DNA of 63,628 nucleotides, filler included, from Pirum gemmata (GCA_002812295.1; 19 parts of 19 records of this genome joined end to end with filler, not necessarily neighbours in it), one strand, 5' to 3'. Positions 1 to 13,404 are shown, numbered from the whole stretch's first letter. A program made the numbers and translations. Notes: generated from the sequence alone by a model not told the origin.

Positions 1-119
1 TAATAATAATAATAATAATGACAATAATAATAATAATAATAATAAAAACAATAATAATAATAACAATAATAATAATAATGATAACAACAAAAAAAAAGAA
101 AAAAACATAAAATATATAC

Positions 120-1223
120 CATAATAAAAAGCTCTTTTAGAGTCCTTCTCTTTACCAGGTCGTGCTACACCAAACAAATCAAGCAACACGTCAAAAACCA
201 CATTTGAATCGGGATCACAAGCTATTTCCTTTGTAACTTTTTCATTATAACAAGTAGGATAATAGTTTTTACGAAGTTTATAAAACTTACTATCATCACC
301 ATATTTACCAGCATAAGCAGCCCAAGCCGTGGAAGAAGACTCTGTAATATCCTCTGGTGAGGGTAAAAGGTGAATATTATTATTGTTAGGGTAGAATCGT
401 TTATTAACATTACCATATGTATGGTCAGTTAATAATATACCCCTTATTGAATAAATGATGGGTATATCTATTTTCGCAAAAACGATGTTTGGTTTTTCAA
501 CTGGGTAAATACCGTGAGAATGTAACCCAAGATAACCGATTGGATGAAACGGATCAGAGTCTGGAGTACCTTCTAATGGACACTCGTCTTTAAGTGTACA
601 ATCAGTAATCCAATTCCAACTATGATGGCCGTACCTTATTGCTATTGGTTTAGTCAATCCATTATCATTTTTACATACCATTACACTCACTGCTTCCCAA
701 TCACCTTCATGCAAACCCAACATACACATACTAAAATGTTCTGAAATGGTTTTATTATCTAATGATGCTCTCAACCATAGAGTACTACAACCATCGTAAG
801 CAAAGTAAGCCCAATAGTTAAACACCCAAGTATGTTTATCATACTCGTAAACGTTAAAGTATAAAGGTGCCTGGGAAGTACCATCCGCGTTAAATTCACT
901 ACCTCGTTTCCAACTGGTTTCAGGAGTAATATCACTGGGTATAGTTTTATCCCATTCTTGGTTGGACTGATTGTAATAATATAAATTAGCAAACGCGCTA
1001 GCTTTAGGATCCCGGGCTGTTCTATACATATTTTTTTTTGTGAGAGGACCAAAATATTGGGAACCAAACTCACCATAATTTCTATATAAACTCCAATTAC
1101 CACTTCGAGTTGTAATTTCTTCTGGATCACTTAAAAAAAAATTTTCTAACGGATGATGGTATAGTATGGGTGCATATTTCCAGGCTATGGTTTGGGCTGT
1201 TTGTAGCGTTAAAGCTTCGTTAC
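120..1223 (-). CDS. Internal exon (1104 nt, phase 1 at both ends) of a Vps62-family protein; partial gene
   Basis: Hand translation is stop-free from acceptor AG (1225-1224) to donor GTATAT (119 downward): ...WKYAPILYHHPLENFFLSDP...WVFNYWAYFAYDG...GLHEGDWEAVSV...YGHH...HPIGYLGLHSHGIYP...WAAYAGKYG. The YAP-x-HP-E, HEGDWE and HP..Y...SH..YP motifs are typical of Vps62-related proteins. Absent from the ORF track, probably because the frame runs off the window without a stop. Confidence 0.8.
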
Positions 1224-1696
1224 CTTTAATTAATAATATATAGATACGTGTTATCATTATTAAGGTTATCATTGTTATCATTGTTATTTTTTACTATGTT
1301 GTTGATGTTGGCGTCGTGTTCTTATTGTTATTGCTATTGTTGATGATAAGGGTGAGGTGGGGGTGGGGTGCTGTAGTTGTTATTGTTTGGGTGGAGGTGG
1401 TGGGTGTGGTCTGAGTGGTGGGTATGCGTGGTGATGGTGGGAGGTGTGGGGGTTAACCCTAACCCTAACCCTAATCCTAACCCTGACCCTGACCCTAACC
1501 CTTACCCTAACTATATATAACCTGCCAGAGAACACTAAGCCAGCCGATAGTATGGCAAAAAACGTATTTAGGGTGTTAGAGTCAGAGTTAGGGTTAGAGT
1601 TAGAGTTAGGGTTAAAAACAGATAAATATTTGTGAAAAGTGCAAAAAACAGCTCATTAGTTATGTTTATTGAATTCGTATTTCAACAACATCTTTA

Positions 1697-2081
<385 letters not shown>

Positions 2082-2595
2082 GTTAACAAAAACAAAAACA
2101 TCCCCGACCAGGTCCATGACGACCACCACGATCAACACCGACAACAATTATCAATATCAGTATACTGTTATTAATATAAATAAACTCAACAACACCCACG
2201 ACAACACATCAACAACAAACAACAAACAACAGAAAATAAAAGCTAAACAACAAAAATAAAAATCAAACAACAAATAACAAACAGCAAACAACAAAAAACA
2301 ACAAACAACAAACAAAAAACAACAAACAAAAACAACAAACAATCAAACAATCAAAAACAACCAATATTAAACAACCAAAAACAACAAACAACAAAAGCAA
2401 ACAACAAATACAATACCACCACAACTAGCACCACAAAGTATCAACACCAACACCAACACCAACACGAGCATCAACAACAAATTATCAATATTATTATAGT
2501 ATTATTAATTTATTAATAAACCGTATTATTAATTTATTAATAAACTCAACAATAATGACAATAACAATAATAACAATAACAATAATAACAACAGC

Positions 2596-2630
<35 letters not shown>

Positions 2631-3222
2631 CGACGACGACGACCAATACCAACAAACAGCAATAAACAAAACAGCTATAACAACAACAACAACAGCAACA
2701 ACAAACTACAACAACAATAGCAAACAAAAAACAACAAACAACATGTACGATGACAACCAAAAAACAACACCAACAATAACACAAACAACATACCATTGTT
2801 ACACGTTCCAGGTTCAGGGTTGAAATCTTTATTATCTAGATGCACAAAACAGTCCTCCGTATGTTCTATTCTAACCGCTAAGGGGGAAATTAGTATTATT
2901 GTTGACAGAAAAAAACATACTTTTAAAATAAAAAATACCAACCATTTTGAATATACTAAAACCATGTCTTTTTAAGAATAATAATAAGAGTTAGGGTTAG
3001 GGCTAGGGTTAGGTAACTTTGAAAAAAGTATTCCTATCTAATTTATATACAACAAAAAGGGGGTTAGGTTTTTATTTTTTATTTTATTTTATTTTATTAT
3101 TATTATTTTTTATTTTTTTTTTATTAGCATTTTTTATTGTCTATTTATTTATTTATCTATTTATTTTATTATTATTATTACAATGATTATAATCACTAGT
3201 ATTTTTTATTGATTATTTAGTT

Positions 3223-3322
3223 NNNNNNNNNNNNNNNNNNNNNNNNNNNNNNNNNNNNNNNNNNNNTTAATTAATTAANNNNNNNNNNNNNNNNNNNNNN
3301 NNNNNNNNNNNNNNNNNNNNNN
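3223..3322. other. Artificial scaffold-joining linker N44-TTAATTAATTAA-N44 (first of 18)
   Basis: Identical 100-nt linkers with stops in all six frames start at 3223, 6539, 9874, 13184, 16518, 19837, 23096, 26429, 29761, 33093, 36376, 39707, 42992, 46305, 49614, 52636, 55929 and 60363. Confidence 0.97.
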
Positions 3323-3403
3323 ACAAAACAAACAAAACAAAAAACAAAAAAACAAAACAAAAACAAAAACAATAATAAAATAAAACAAAAATATCAAAAT
3401 AAA

Positions 3404-4225
3404 ATGAATTTGTTTTCCCTTTCAGTGCTGCTTTTTTTCTGTGCTGTTTTGTCCTTATTCAATAATGCAGAAGGGAGACCAACAATAAGTATCAGGCAAC
3501 GTCGAGAAGATGTGCAAGTAGCACAAGCCAATTCAGAAGATGTGCAAGAAGCACAAACCAATTCATTAAATAAAATGATAGGAAAACTTGTTCCCAATAT
3601 TAATAATTTAATTGTTGAAAAAATCGGTGCTCTAGACCCTCTAACATTAGGCGGCCTTGAACTTATCAAATCTAATCTTTTAGGCATAGAATATTCAGTT
3701 TCATTAAACAAAATTTCAGGGTTTAAATCATTAAACATAGTTAAGGCAACTTTACAAAGTTTTGATGGTACAGGGAAAACTCCAACTATTTTAGATTTAG
3801 AATTATCGGGCAATAATCTTCAATTTAATGCTGGTGCCTCTGTAATGGATATGAACCCTATTATTGATTTGGGTATTGGCGAGTTGAACCTGAAAACAAC
3901 AATTGAGGTTTATTTAGATATCACAAAGATGAACTTAAGTGCTGCTAAACTTAATGCATTGGAGATCGATGTAAAAGAAGTCTCCGTGAAAGTTTCTAAT
4001 TTACCTTTGTTTGAAGGTTTGTTGAACAAATTTCTGGACAATAACTTGGACAGTATACTAGATATGGCTAAGGGGATGATTCCAAAGAAAGCGTTGCCTG
4101 TGATAAATGAAAAAATCGCTGGATTCCTGCCGTTTGATTTAAAGATTTTAATGAACTTAGCTTCCGGTGATGGACCGGGCTTAGGAGGGATGATTTCAAT
4201 GTTTACAGGCAAATCAGAGAAATAA
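3404..4225 (+). CDS. Intronless secreted protein, probable single TULIP (LBP/BPI/Takeout-like) lipid-binding domain
   Basis: ATG to TAA, 273 aa. Signal peptide MNLFSLSVLLFFCAVLSLFNNAEG, short duplicated EDVQxAQxNS propiece, LDPL motif, alternating hydrophobic beta strands and a long C-terminal amphipathic helix (LLNKFLDNNLDSILDMAK...PVINEKI). The fold call is inferred from pattern. Confidence 0.6.
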   Translation: MNLFSLSVLLFFCAVLSLFNNAEGRPTISIRQRREDVQVAQANSEDVQEAQTNSLNKMIGKLVPNINNLIVEKIGALDPLTLGGLELIKSNLLGIEYSVSLNKISGFKSLNIVKATLQSFDGTGKTPTILDLELSGNNLQFNAGASVMDMNPIIDLGIGELNLKTTIEVYLDITKMNLSAAKLNALEIDVKEVSVKVSNLPLFEGLLNKFLDNNLDSILDMAKGMIPKKALPVINEKIAGFLPFDLKILMNLASGDGPGLGGMISMFTGKSEK

Positions 4226-4749
4226 TTCTTTTTGTAATGTTTTATCTTTTAAAATTCCAAAAAACTGATTATAAATAATTAATTGTATTATATTTATTAT
4301 TATAATAATAAAATGTTTCTCTAATTAACAATATAGCTTGTTTAATTAATTAATAACATTGAAAAAAATATATACCAATATTAACCCTAACCGTAACCTA
4401 AATGACCATTTACAATTATATATATTACCCTATAACGCTAACACTAACGCTTACTGTAACTCTAACCCTAATTACCCTAACCCTAACCCCAACTGTAATG
4501 GAAACCCTGACCCTAACCTTATTACGTATACATATATATCAATCCTATTGTTGGCTGTTAAAATAAATCTTTATAGAAATCATTCGCTTTTTCCATCATT
4601 TCTGCTGTTGAAGTTACAATTATATTAAGATTTCTATTTTTACCACTAAGACAATAATTTGCTATTGTTTTCGTTTAATAAGTAGATTTGGTTAAAACTT
4701 GATTTTTGCTTTTGATATCATGTGTAATTATTTTTTTGTTATAGCATAT

Positions 4750-6480
4750 TATTATCATTATTTTTATTATAAGTTTGAGATCAATTTTTAATTGTTTTGA
4801 AGTTGCTATTGATTCCTCATCGCTTCTATTTTCTATTTTTAATTAAGGTATTATTCTTAATTTCATTTATTTTCCAAAAACCTTGTTTTTTCTCTTTTGT
4901 AATAATTTGCTGTGTTTTTTATAATTAATTTTAGATGGTTTCCATTTTTCAGATATTGTTTTAAATTTTTTCATTTTCAATTTTTTTTATACATTAATCA
5001 TAATTACATATTCATTTCCAATAGTTCATTTTGAATACTAGTTTCAAACTCATTGCTAAATACGCAAGGTAAAACATGTACTTCCGCTAAGCGTAAGTGC
5101 TGGAACCCTTCATGAATTGCACCAGGTATATATACTTTAAGGTCAGTCATTGTATTGAAAACTCGCCTGGGTACGGCAAACCCTGGCGGAGGTGCAACAC
5201 CATAAGGCGGCCTCTTTGTGTAGTAATCAAGAACAGTCTTTTTTTTCACATGTGTTCCTTTTTTTGCTAAATTATTTAAACACTCTCGCTTCTCTTTAGC
5301 AGTGCAATTTAAAGGTATTAGTGTCAAAGTAATATCATGGGGGGCAAATGGGTGATAAGGAGAATACTCCAAATCATTTTCTTCAGATATATTTTCACCG
5401 CTATCGAAAGAAGGATTTTGGGATCTTCTATTACTATCATTTTGTTCATCATCTTCCGATAGGTCTAAAATACCTGAATCATTCTGTTCGAAACAATACA
5501 CTGTGTGGTGTTGCTGGTGTTGTTCTTGTTGTGGTTGTTTTTGTTTTTGTTTTTGTTGTTGTTGTTGTGGTTGTGGTTGTGGTTGTGATTGTGGTTGTAG
5601 TCGTGGTTGTGGTTGTAATTGTGGGTGTGGTTGTGGTTGTGGTTGTGGTTGTGATAATGATTGTGGTTGTGGTTGTGGTTGTGGTTGTGATTGTGATTGT
5701 GGTTGTGGTTGTGGTTGTGGTACTACTGGCTATTGTGATCGAATAGTCTTTTTGGCTTATTTATATCTATTTCTATCAAACTACTTAAAATATTTAAAAT
5801 GTTATTGGTAATTTTTTCTGTTACAAATATAATATAATCTATTCTTGTTTTATATTTCCTCTTTCAAACGTTACAGCTACGTTACTAATTTTTCATTTTT
5901 GTTAAAACTTATTGGATCTATTAAATCAAAATGATTTATTATATTCTTAACTTCTTTTTCCTTATTTTGCTTTTTTAAAATAAAGAACATTTCTAATATA
6001 TATTATATATATAATTATATACATATATTGTTGTGTCTAATTTTCTAACAACTACATTCAGATCACCTAAAACTATTATTGGCATTGTCGATGATTTTGT
6101 AAAGTTATATATTCATTATCAAGTGTATAAAGTAATTATTGTAATTGAATACTAAGAGGGATGTATTTGTGGCAAATACTTGCCATCTAGACATTACTTT
6201 ATTATACTCAAAAGTTGTTAAATAATCTTCTACTATTACTTTTATATTTTTCATATGTTTGGTATCACAATGGCTAAAAATTGTTATACCATGACCTTTT
6301 TGTTTTTCATCTTTAGTTATCTTTTAAAAAATTAAAATGTTTTACATCATTTGTTAATGTTTTTCTTCTAAATCATTTGTTTCATTTAATACTATTAAAT
6401 AAATAAAATTATCATTATTTACGAAGTTTAGTATGGCTTCTTGTTTTATTTTAGTCCTCTTGAAGCCATTATTATTATAA
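4750..6480 (-). pseudogene. Decayed ORF with PQ repeat and degenerate SWIM-like and Zn-knuckle-like motifs (possible transposase relic)
   Basis: The 165-aa ORF 5004-5501 continues upstream in frame through (PQ)n to ~6480 with scattered stops; segments ECSC*KIRHNNICI*L and RLYYICNRKNY. Downstream it resumes after a frameshift in an A run. Confidence 0.4.
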
Positions 6481-6789
6481 TAAATAATTAAAATTATTAC
6501 TAGTACTAGCTATAGTATTATTATTATTATTATTATTANNNNNNNNNNNNNNNNNNNNNNNNNNNNNNNNNNNNNNNNNNNNTTAATTAATTAANNNNNN
6601 NNNNNNNNNNNNNNNNNNNNNNNNNNNNNNNNNNNNNNTAATAATAATAATAATAATAGCAATAACAATAGCAATAACAATAGCAATAACAATAAAATAT
6701 AAAAAACTAAGCTTTTATTTCTCCACAATATTAATAAATAAATAACGATAACAAAATAACAATAAATAAAATAAAAATAAACTTTTAAT

Positions 6790-7183
6790 TTATTTCTCCA
6801 CAATAGTATCGATATTATTAATTACGTTAAACCAAACAACCCACCAAAGTAAAAATAAGAGTAAAATCATATAGTTCATTATAAACGCGCAAAAAGTACT
6901 TTTTTTGGCTTTTCTGTAATAAAATTGCGCTTGGGTTACATTTTGTATTTTGATTGATAAATAACAATTATAACAATAATACAAAGTTAAAAATCCTATT
7001 GGAAAGAAAAAGAATAAACTAAGCATAGGGAAGAGCCAGACACTAGATGATGGATAATTATTTACATTTTGTCTAAGAATATTATTATTGTAATTACTTT
7101 TATATTTTTGACTTGATTGAAGGCTATATTGTACAGGTTGTTTATTACAATTAATAAAATGCTGCTGCTGTTGTTGTTGTTGC

Positions 7184-7226
<43 letters not shown>

Positions 7227-7296
7227 GATAATATTGAGATTGTGGTTGTTGTTGTTCTTCTGTGAGTAGCCTGGCTTTATCCGAAAAACTGTGCAT
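6790..7296 (-). CDS. CD225/dispanin (IFITM-like) membrane protein with N-terminal polyQ
   Basis: ATG to TAA, 168 aa. The segment VWLFPMLSLFFFFPIGFLTLYY...NVTQAQFYYRKAKK followed by a C-terminal TM helix matches the CD225 layout. Confidence 0.75.
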
Positions 7297-7545
7297 TTTG
7301 GTTTTTGGTTTTTGGTTTTTGGTTTTTGGTTTTTGGTTTTTGGTTTTTGGTTTTTGGTTTTTGGTTTTTGGTTTTTGGTTTTTGGTTTTTGGTTTTTGGT
7401 TTTTNNNNNNNNNNNNNNNNNNNNNNNNNNNTTTTGGTTTTTGGTTTTTGGTTTTTGGTTTTTGGTTTTTGGTTTTTGGTTTTTGGTTTTTGGTTTTTGG
7501 TTTTTGGTTTTTGGTTTTTGGTTTTTGGTTTTTGGGTTTTGGGTT
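7297..7545. repeat. (TTTTTGG)n heptamer array immediately 5' of the dispanin start codon
   Basis: Direct reading. Confidence 0.9.
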
Positions 7546-7852
7546 TTATTTTATTTTTTATTTTTTATTTTTTGTTTTTTGTTTTTTGTTTTATGATAAT
7601 ATCAGATAAACTATAAAATAAATCTGGGTTCACTTTTATTTTTCAATCATAGTCTAGCTAGACGTCTACCTACCAAACTGAAGGTTGGTTATAATATTTA
7701 TTTGGATGTTTTTAAAATAAATAAATAGATAATAAATTATACCAAAGTAAATAAAATGGATCTAAATAGTATTAATTTGGTACGCTTTATTTATATTTTA
7801 TGAAGCACATTATAGATTACCCCAGTATTACCACGGGTACGTAGTCTAGCAG

Positions 7853-8084
7853 AGTAGGGTGAGATGACGTCATTTTATTATTACCGAACAGCTGCCGGAA
7901 CTTTTCCGATTTTTATGGTTTTATTACTATTAATGTTAATATTACTACTTTAATTGGTATCTATTATAATTATATTTACTATTTTAAGCTATTTAACTGC
8001 TATTATTAGTAAGAAACACGGAACTAAGGTTACCTCGATAAGTATCTGTTCGAAAAAAGTTCCAGTAGATATCTCACCCCTACT
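7853..8084 (+). mobile_element. MITE family A, ~232 bp, TIR AGTAGGGGTGAGAT, 8-bp TSD
   Basis: TIRs at both ends (left lacks one G); flanks TCTAGCAG / TCTAACAG (7 of 8 match); near-identical to copies at 25228, 55111 and 59679. Confidence 0.85.
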
Positions 8085-8609
8085 TCTAACAGACTCTACT
8101 ACTAGCGAGCTAGCTAGCTACTACTATGGTGCAAACGGTGCACCTAAACTTTTGGGGATCACTAGAATTTTCAGTTTCGAACAAAATATAATGTAATAAT
8201 CATAGTAAAAAAAGTAAATTGTTTGTGCCATAGTAGTAGCTAGACGATGATCTTCGTCTTTGTCTCAGGTCTTTGTCTTTGTTTGTCTTCGTCTTCGTCT
8301 TCGTAGCTAACTCTAGAGTAGAGAAGGCACCTGTATGAGCATAGAAAGTTACTTTGATAATAGTACTATCATACTTTTCATTTATTTTATCACTCTGTTG
8401 AAGTAGAAACATCATTACAAATTATTAATACAACCTATAGCTAGTAGCTAAAATTACAACTGCAAGCAAATTATAGTATTATAACCATATGCATGTATTA
8501 TTGATATTATATTAATATATAATACAAGCTCTAGTACTATGATGTATAGATGTCTTCGTCTTCGTCTACGTCTACGTCTTCGTCTTCGTTATTATATGTA
8601 GTGGGACTG

Positions 8610-8855
8610 TCGTACTTTTCATTTATTTTGACACTCTGAATATTTATTTGGAGGGTTATAATCTTTAAATTGACATTTTTAAATCAATATATATTTAAAG
8701 TATACCAAATTAAATTAAATGTAATAAATTTTCAAAGACTAATTTTATTTATTTGCTGATTTATTTATATTCAGTATTTCATAATTATCAAAATCTAACA
8801 AAATGGATTTTTGGAACCATTTATTGTATATTTTATATAACACTGAAAAGCACTA
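8610..8855 (+). mobile_element. MITE family C copy with internal extra sequence (another copy at ~8997-9143)
   Basis: Family C ends TCGTACTTTTCATTTATTTTG... and ...CTGAAAAGCACTA. Confidence 0.7.
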
Positions 8856-9334
8856 GACTACCGGGTATAGTCTAGATAGCTATCAATAGTATGATACTGT
8901 CAATATCATATCGATAGTAGTCTAGCTAGCTATCGATAGCAGGACTAGTAGTAGGTAGGTCTAGCTAGCAGGTCTATAGAGATTTTCAATCACAATACTC
9001 TGAATATTTATTTGGAGGGTTATAATCTTTAAATCGACATTTTTAAATCAATAAATAGATTATAAAATATACCAAATTAAATTAAATGGATTTATATTGT
9101 ATTAATTTGGTACTATTTACTGTCAAAACAACTGAAAAGCACTGTCTGGCTTACTAGAGAGAAAAGCTGTTAGTCTACAAAATTTAATGTTTATTTTGAA
9201 ATTTGGAATCTGAAATCAGATTATTTTTTTTCTCTCGAAACCCCCGTTACCCCCCCCCCCACCGATGGGAGCTCAGTGGGTAAAACAGTGGTAAAACTGT
9301 AGACTATGTAGTAGATTAACGGGGTCCAGACTAC

Positions 9335-9830
9335 TATAGAAATCATTTTTTTAGACTTCTTTTCTAACAACCTTTAATTATAACTAGTCAAATAATTATT
9401 AAAAACTTCCAATTGATTCATAATAGAGTTTTTTTAGTTAGATAATTTCTCAAACTTTGGTAGTACTTTTATTAAAATTGGATCATTTTGAGTTTTTTTA
9501 GGATTTTGCTTGAATTTGATCAAATTTTGTAAATATTTCTAAATATAGGTGATAAAAGCTGTGATAAAATTTTGATGATTAAAAAAAATTTTTTTTTTAT
9601 GTAGACTATGACCATTTAAAACTTTTTTAATAGCCAAGCCGGATAAAGTTGTAGAGAACTTCTTTAAAGTTCTTTTCTAAAAACCTTTAATATTGACCAC
9701 CCAAATTATTTTAAACAGTAGCCATTGGTTCATAATAGAGATTTTTAGTTAGTAAATTTCTCAAATTTTGGTAGTACTTTTTTTAAAATTGGATCATTTT
9801 GATATTTTTGGATTTGAGGTCTAATGGTGG
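9335..9830 (+). mobile_element. Two adjacent copies of interspersed repeat family B
   Basis: Core TAGAAATCATTTTTTTAGACTTCTTTTC...CCATTGGTTCATAATAGA...GGTAGTACTTT..TAAAATTGGATCATTTTGA recurs at ~14410-14550 (-), 25196-25678 (+), ~42431-42610 (-) and 45171-45390 (-). Termini not firmly defined. Confidence 0.7.
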
Positions 9831-10017
9831 ATGTTGCCATTTTTTTCGGCTTGGTACTTTAAAAAAAAATGTANNNNNNNNNNNNNNNNNNNNNNNNNNN
9901 NNNNNNNNNNNNNNNNNTTAATTAATTAANNNNNNNNNNNNNNNNNNNNNNNNNNNNNNNNNNNNNNNNNNNNTGGCTATACATTATTTTGTGTACGCAA
10001 TGTTGTACATGCTTGCT

Positions 10018-10109
<92 letters not shown>

Positions 10110-11547
10110 TAATATATTCTAAATAATGATTTGTAGGTTCTGCTATTGGCAGATTTCTTAGAACGCCTTGAAAGATTATCTAAAGCTGTTAGGCGATAGT
10201 AAATTGGCTATACATTATTTTGTGTACGCAATGTTGTACATGCTTGCTTCAAGTCTTGCCATAACATTGTTTGGAAAAGTTTTTGATGAGAAAAGATAAA
10301 ATTAAAAGAAAGCCATAAATAAATAAGAAAAAAAAAGAAAAGGAAAACAAAGGAAAGCAGAAAAGTGGAGAATAAAAGCTGGAAAACAGTAAAACAGGAA
10401 AGCAAGCAAGAAAGGAAGTGCCAATTTTACAAATAATTAAAAATATGCAAAAGTCAAGCTGAAAAAAAAAAGTTTAACAAAAAACTGAATAGAAAACCTA
10501 TTTACTGTTAGCAGAAAAACTGCCCTAAACAAAATTTCATAGTGTGATACAGAGTTCTTGTGCCATGAGCAAACGGCATTTTACGTTGTTATTATATATG
10601 GTTTAATTAATACTGGGCTAAAATAGAAGCAAGAAAAATAATGTAACAATGGTACAAATTTACCTGTATTAGTTGGTATAAATATTTGTAGCTCTACACC
10701 AACATGTACGGAATGTAAAAGAATATTATTTCTAGTTCTCTTTGAATAGATGAATGTTGGATGTGTGTGTGTAAGCAAGCTTTGAACCAATGTAGTGAGT
10801 GTAAAAGAATATTATGACGGTAAAATGTGTGTATGGTAATTAATTACACGAATTAACCAATAATTTGATTAAATAACGTACAATACAATAAATACGTGGG
10901 TAGACTTTTTTTAAGTCTACTATTTAGTTTTAATGGGTACTTTTCCAAATGAGAAAAATATAATTGATTAAATTGTATTAAAAGGCAAAAAAAGTGTATG
11001 TTTCTATAAAAAAATACAAAATTTGTTCATTTTGCGGACCAATATATGCATGATTATAATGTAAATTTATATTCGGAAAATGTTAAAAAGAAAATTAACA
11101 ACAATAACAACGAAAAAAGAAAAGGAACTAATGTCAAAACATTAATTTACCTATTTAGTACGAATTTTAATGTATTATCAAATATGGGTGGAGGATGATT
11201 TTCCGAAAATCATAATATTGATAATTTTACAAATTTCCAATTTAAAATATTGCCTGAATAAAATTAGTTTTGGGTAACAATGTTATTAGTGTTATTATTA
11301 TTCTAATTCCTATTGTTCTCATTGGTTATTGTTAAACTATAATCCAAGAAAGTCTAAATTCACCTTACAGTGTTCAATAATTATTCATATATAATGGTTA
11401 GTACTACTAAACATTCACATACATCCATGTTACATTACAGCTGCAGTCACAGCTGTTGGCAAAATATTATTATTCCTTGTAAATTTCATATTACTCATCA
11501 ACATCCAACTCTAATCCTAACCCTATAATTGTTCCTATGCAATTTTC

Positions 11548-13084
11548 TTATTCCTCACCAATACCACTCAAACAAGTAGCAGGGTCATGTAATTCAGCAC
11601 TTAAAATATTGGTGATGATTGGAAATGAAACCTTTTGTGATAATTGTTGTTGACACCATGGAAGCATTTTTATCAAAGTTGGAAGTTTGGGATCTGACAA
11701 AAGATTAAAATTTTTAAAATAGTAAATTTGTAATATGTCACCAATTCATGTACTTAAAAACAAACAAATTATATTAGGTGTGTATGTGTCATAAACTTTG
11801 TTAAAACCTTGCGCTACAGGTTTGAAATTTTGAATTTTCCCTTCTTATTATTGTTGTTGTTGCTGTTACTAGTGTGTGTGTGTATGTGTGTGTATGTGTG
11901 TGTTTGTGTGTATGTGTGTGGTTATTATTATTATATTTATATAAATATTATGTTAGCTTCAGTAAAAATAAAGCATTGGAATTAGAATTGGAAACCATAA
12001 AACAATGAATTTTATATACCTTTTTCTTGAGCTTGGCTGGCTAAAATGGCCGAATTCAATTCACTGGCAACCTTTTGTCTTTGGGTTGAATCCAAGAGAT
12101 ATCTGATATTTAGGTTTTGAACAAGTTAGATTTTTATATTTAAAAATACAACAGTACAATCATAAGAGTTAGCTTAAATGAGGATAAGGATAGTGAAATC
12201 GAACATGAAAATGAAAATGATAATAACAATAACCCCATAGGTGAGTTCTCTTGGTCTTCAAATGCTAAAAGAGTCATAGTTTTCTCCAATTCTTCTAAAA
12301 ATACAGGCTATAATAATAAAAAGAAAAAGAAATTGAAAATTTAATAAATTAAAAAGAAAATAGAATATAAAGAAAAAAAGTTTAATTTGATTTAAAAGAA
12401 AACATTAAACTCAATTTCAGTTCAGCGTTAATAATAATAAAACTAGACTTACTTTTTATAAAAAATAAATTTATATAAAGAGTAGCACAGTAATAAAAAT
12501 AAAACAATACTAATACAAAAAGAAAGCAATTAATACATTTTCTTCACCGCTATTTGCAAGCTCTTCACACGCAAAATTCAAAGTTGAAGTTATGTCTCCT
12601 TCCCGTATCAATTCTATTAGCTTTTGCTGCTGTAAATGAAAAAACAACTTTGGGTTTGTATCTAACACCTGTTCAAGCATGAAAGTAAATATTACGTTCA
12701 GATAAAGTTCAGAGATTATGTTAAAATAGGTAATATTTATGGATCAGTTCTTCTGCAACAATTCAAACAAGAATGTTATAATATTTTATCATAACTTTTA
12801 AAGATCTGCAAGCAGACAAAAGACAAGAAATTTTACAGAAAATTACAAAGGGTTTAAGTTTCGGGTTAGGGTAAAGAAAACAAAAACAGAAGGCTATGGG
12901 AGGGGGTGGATAGAGTGAACTATAACCAAACCAATACCTCAGGATTAAGGTCGTTAACTAATTCTATCGCTTTTTGTATCTCGCCATTTTGAACAGCAGC
13001 TCGTATTAACATTCTTTGTTCTAGAAGCGAAGAATCTACATTATAATCAAGTTTACTTTCAGCTTGGAATTTTTCTGCTGCTTC
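11548..13084 (-). CDS. GID8: GID8/TWA1 (CTLH/GID E3 ligase subunit), five 3' exons: 13084-12938, 12668-12537, 12307-12234, 12102-12020, 11693-11548; 5' end not in scaffold
   Basis: All junctions GT-AG and in phase. Spliced protein EAAEKFQAES...RMLIRAAVQNGEIQKAIELVNDLNPEVLDTNPKLFFHLQQQKLIELIREG...FLEELEKTMTLLAFED...QRQKVASELNSAIL...PKLPTLIKMLPWCQQQL..KVSFP...* matches the LisH-CTLH-CRA sequence of GID8. Confidence 0.92.
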
Positions 13085-13404
13085 CTTTGTTATGTTATAA
13101 ACGTTATTATTGTTTTATTATAAATATAAGTGGCAGTGATAATGGTAGTGGTAGTGGTAGTGTGTGTGTGTGTGTGTGTGTGTNNNNNNNNNNNNNNNNN
13201 NNNNNNNNNNNNNNNNNNNNNNNNNNNTTAATTAATTAANNNNNNNNNNNNNNNNNNNNNNNNNNNNNNNNNNNNNNNNNNNNAAATAAATGTACGTCAC
13301 TTAATGTTTATGACGTCATAATATCCATTTTAATTATAAAAAAATGACGCAATACATTTTAAGTGTGTACCATTTAGTGTCACTCCCCTTGGCAGTGTTG
13401 GCAC

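Noticed and set aside
5701..6360. Alternative genetic code (TAA/TAG = Gln)
   Set aside because: GID8, the AAA exon and the 3404 gene on the same scaffold end at TAA in expected positions, and the relic also has an in-frame TGA.
7954..8196. Recurrent small ORF (...SICSKKVPVDISPLL), also at 17816, 25320 and 59686
   Set aside because: It is the translation of MITE family A, with no consistent start or stop.
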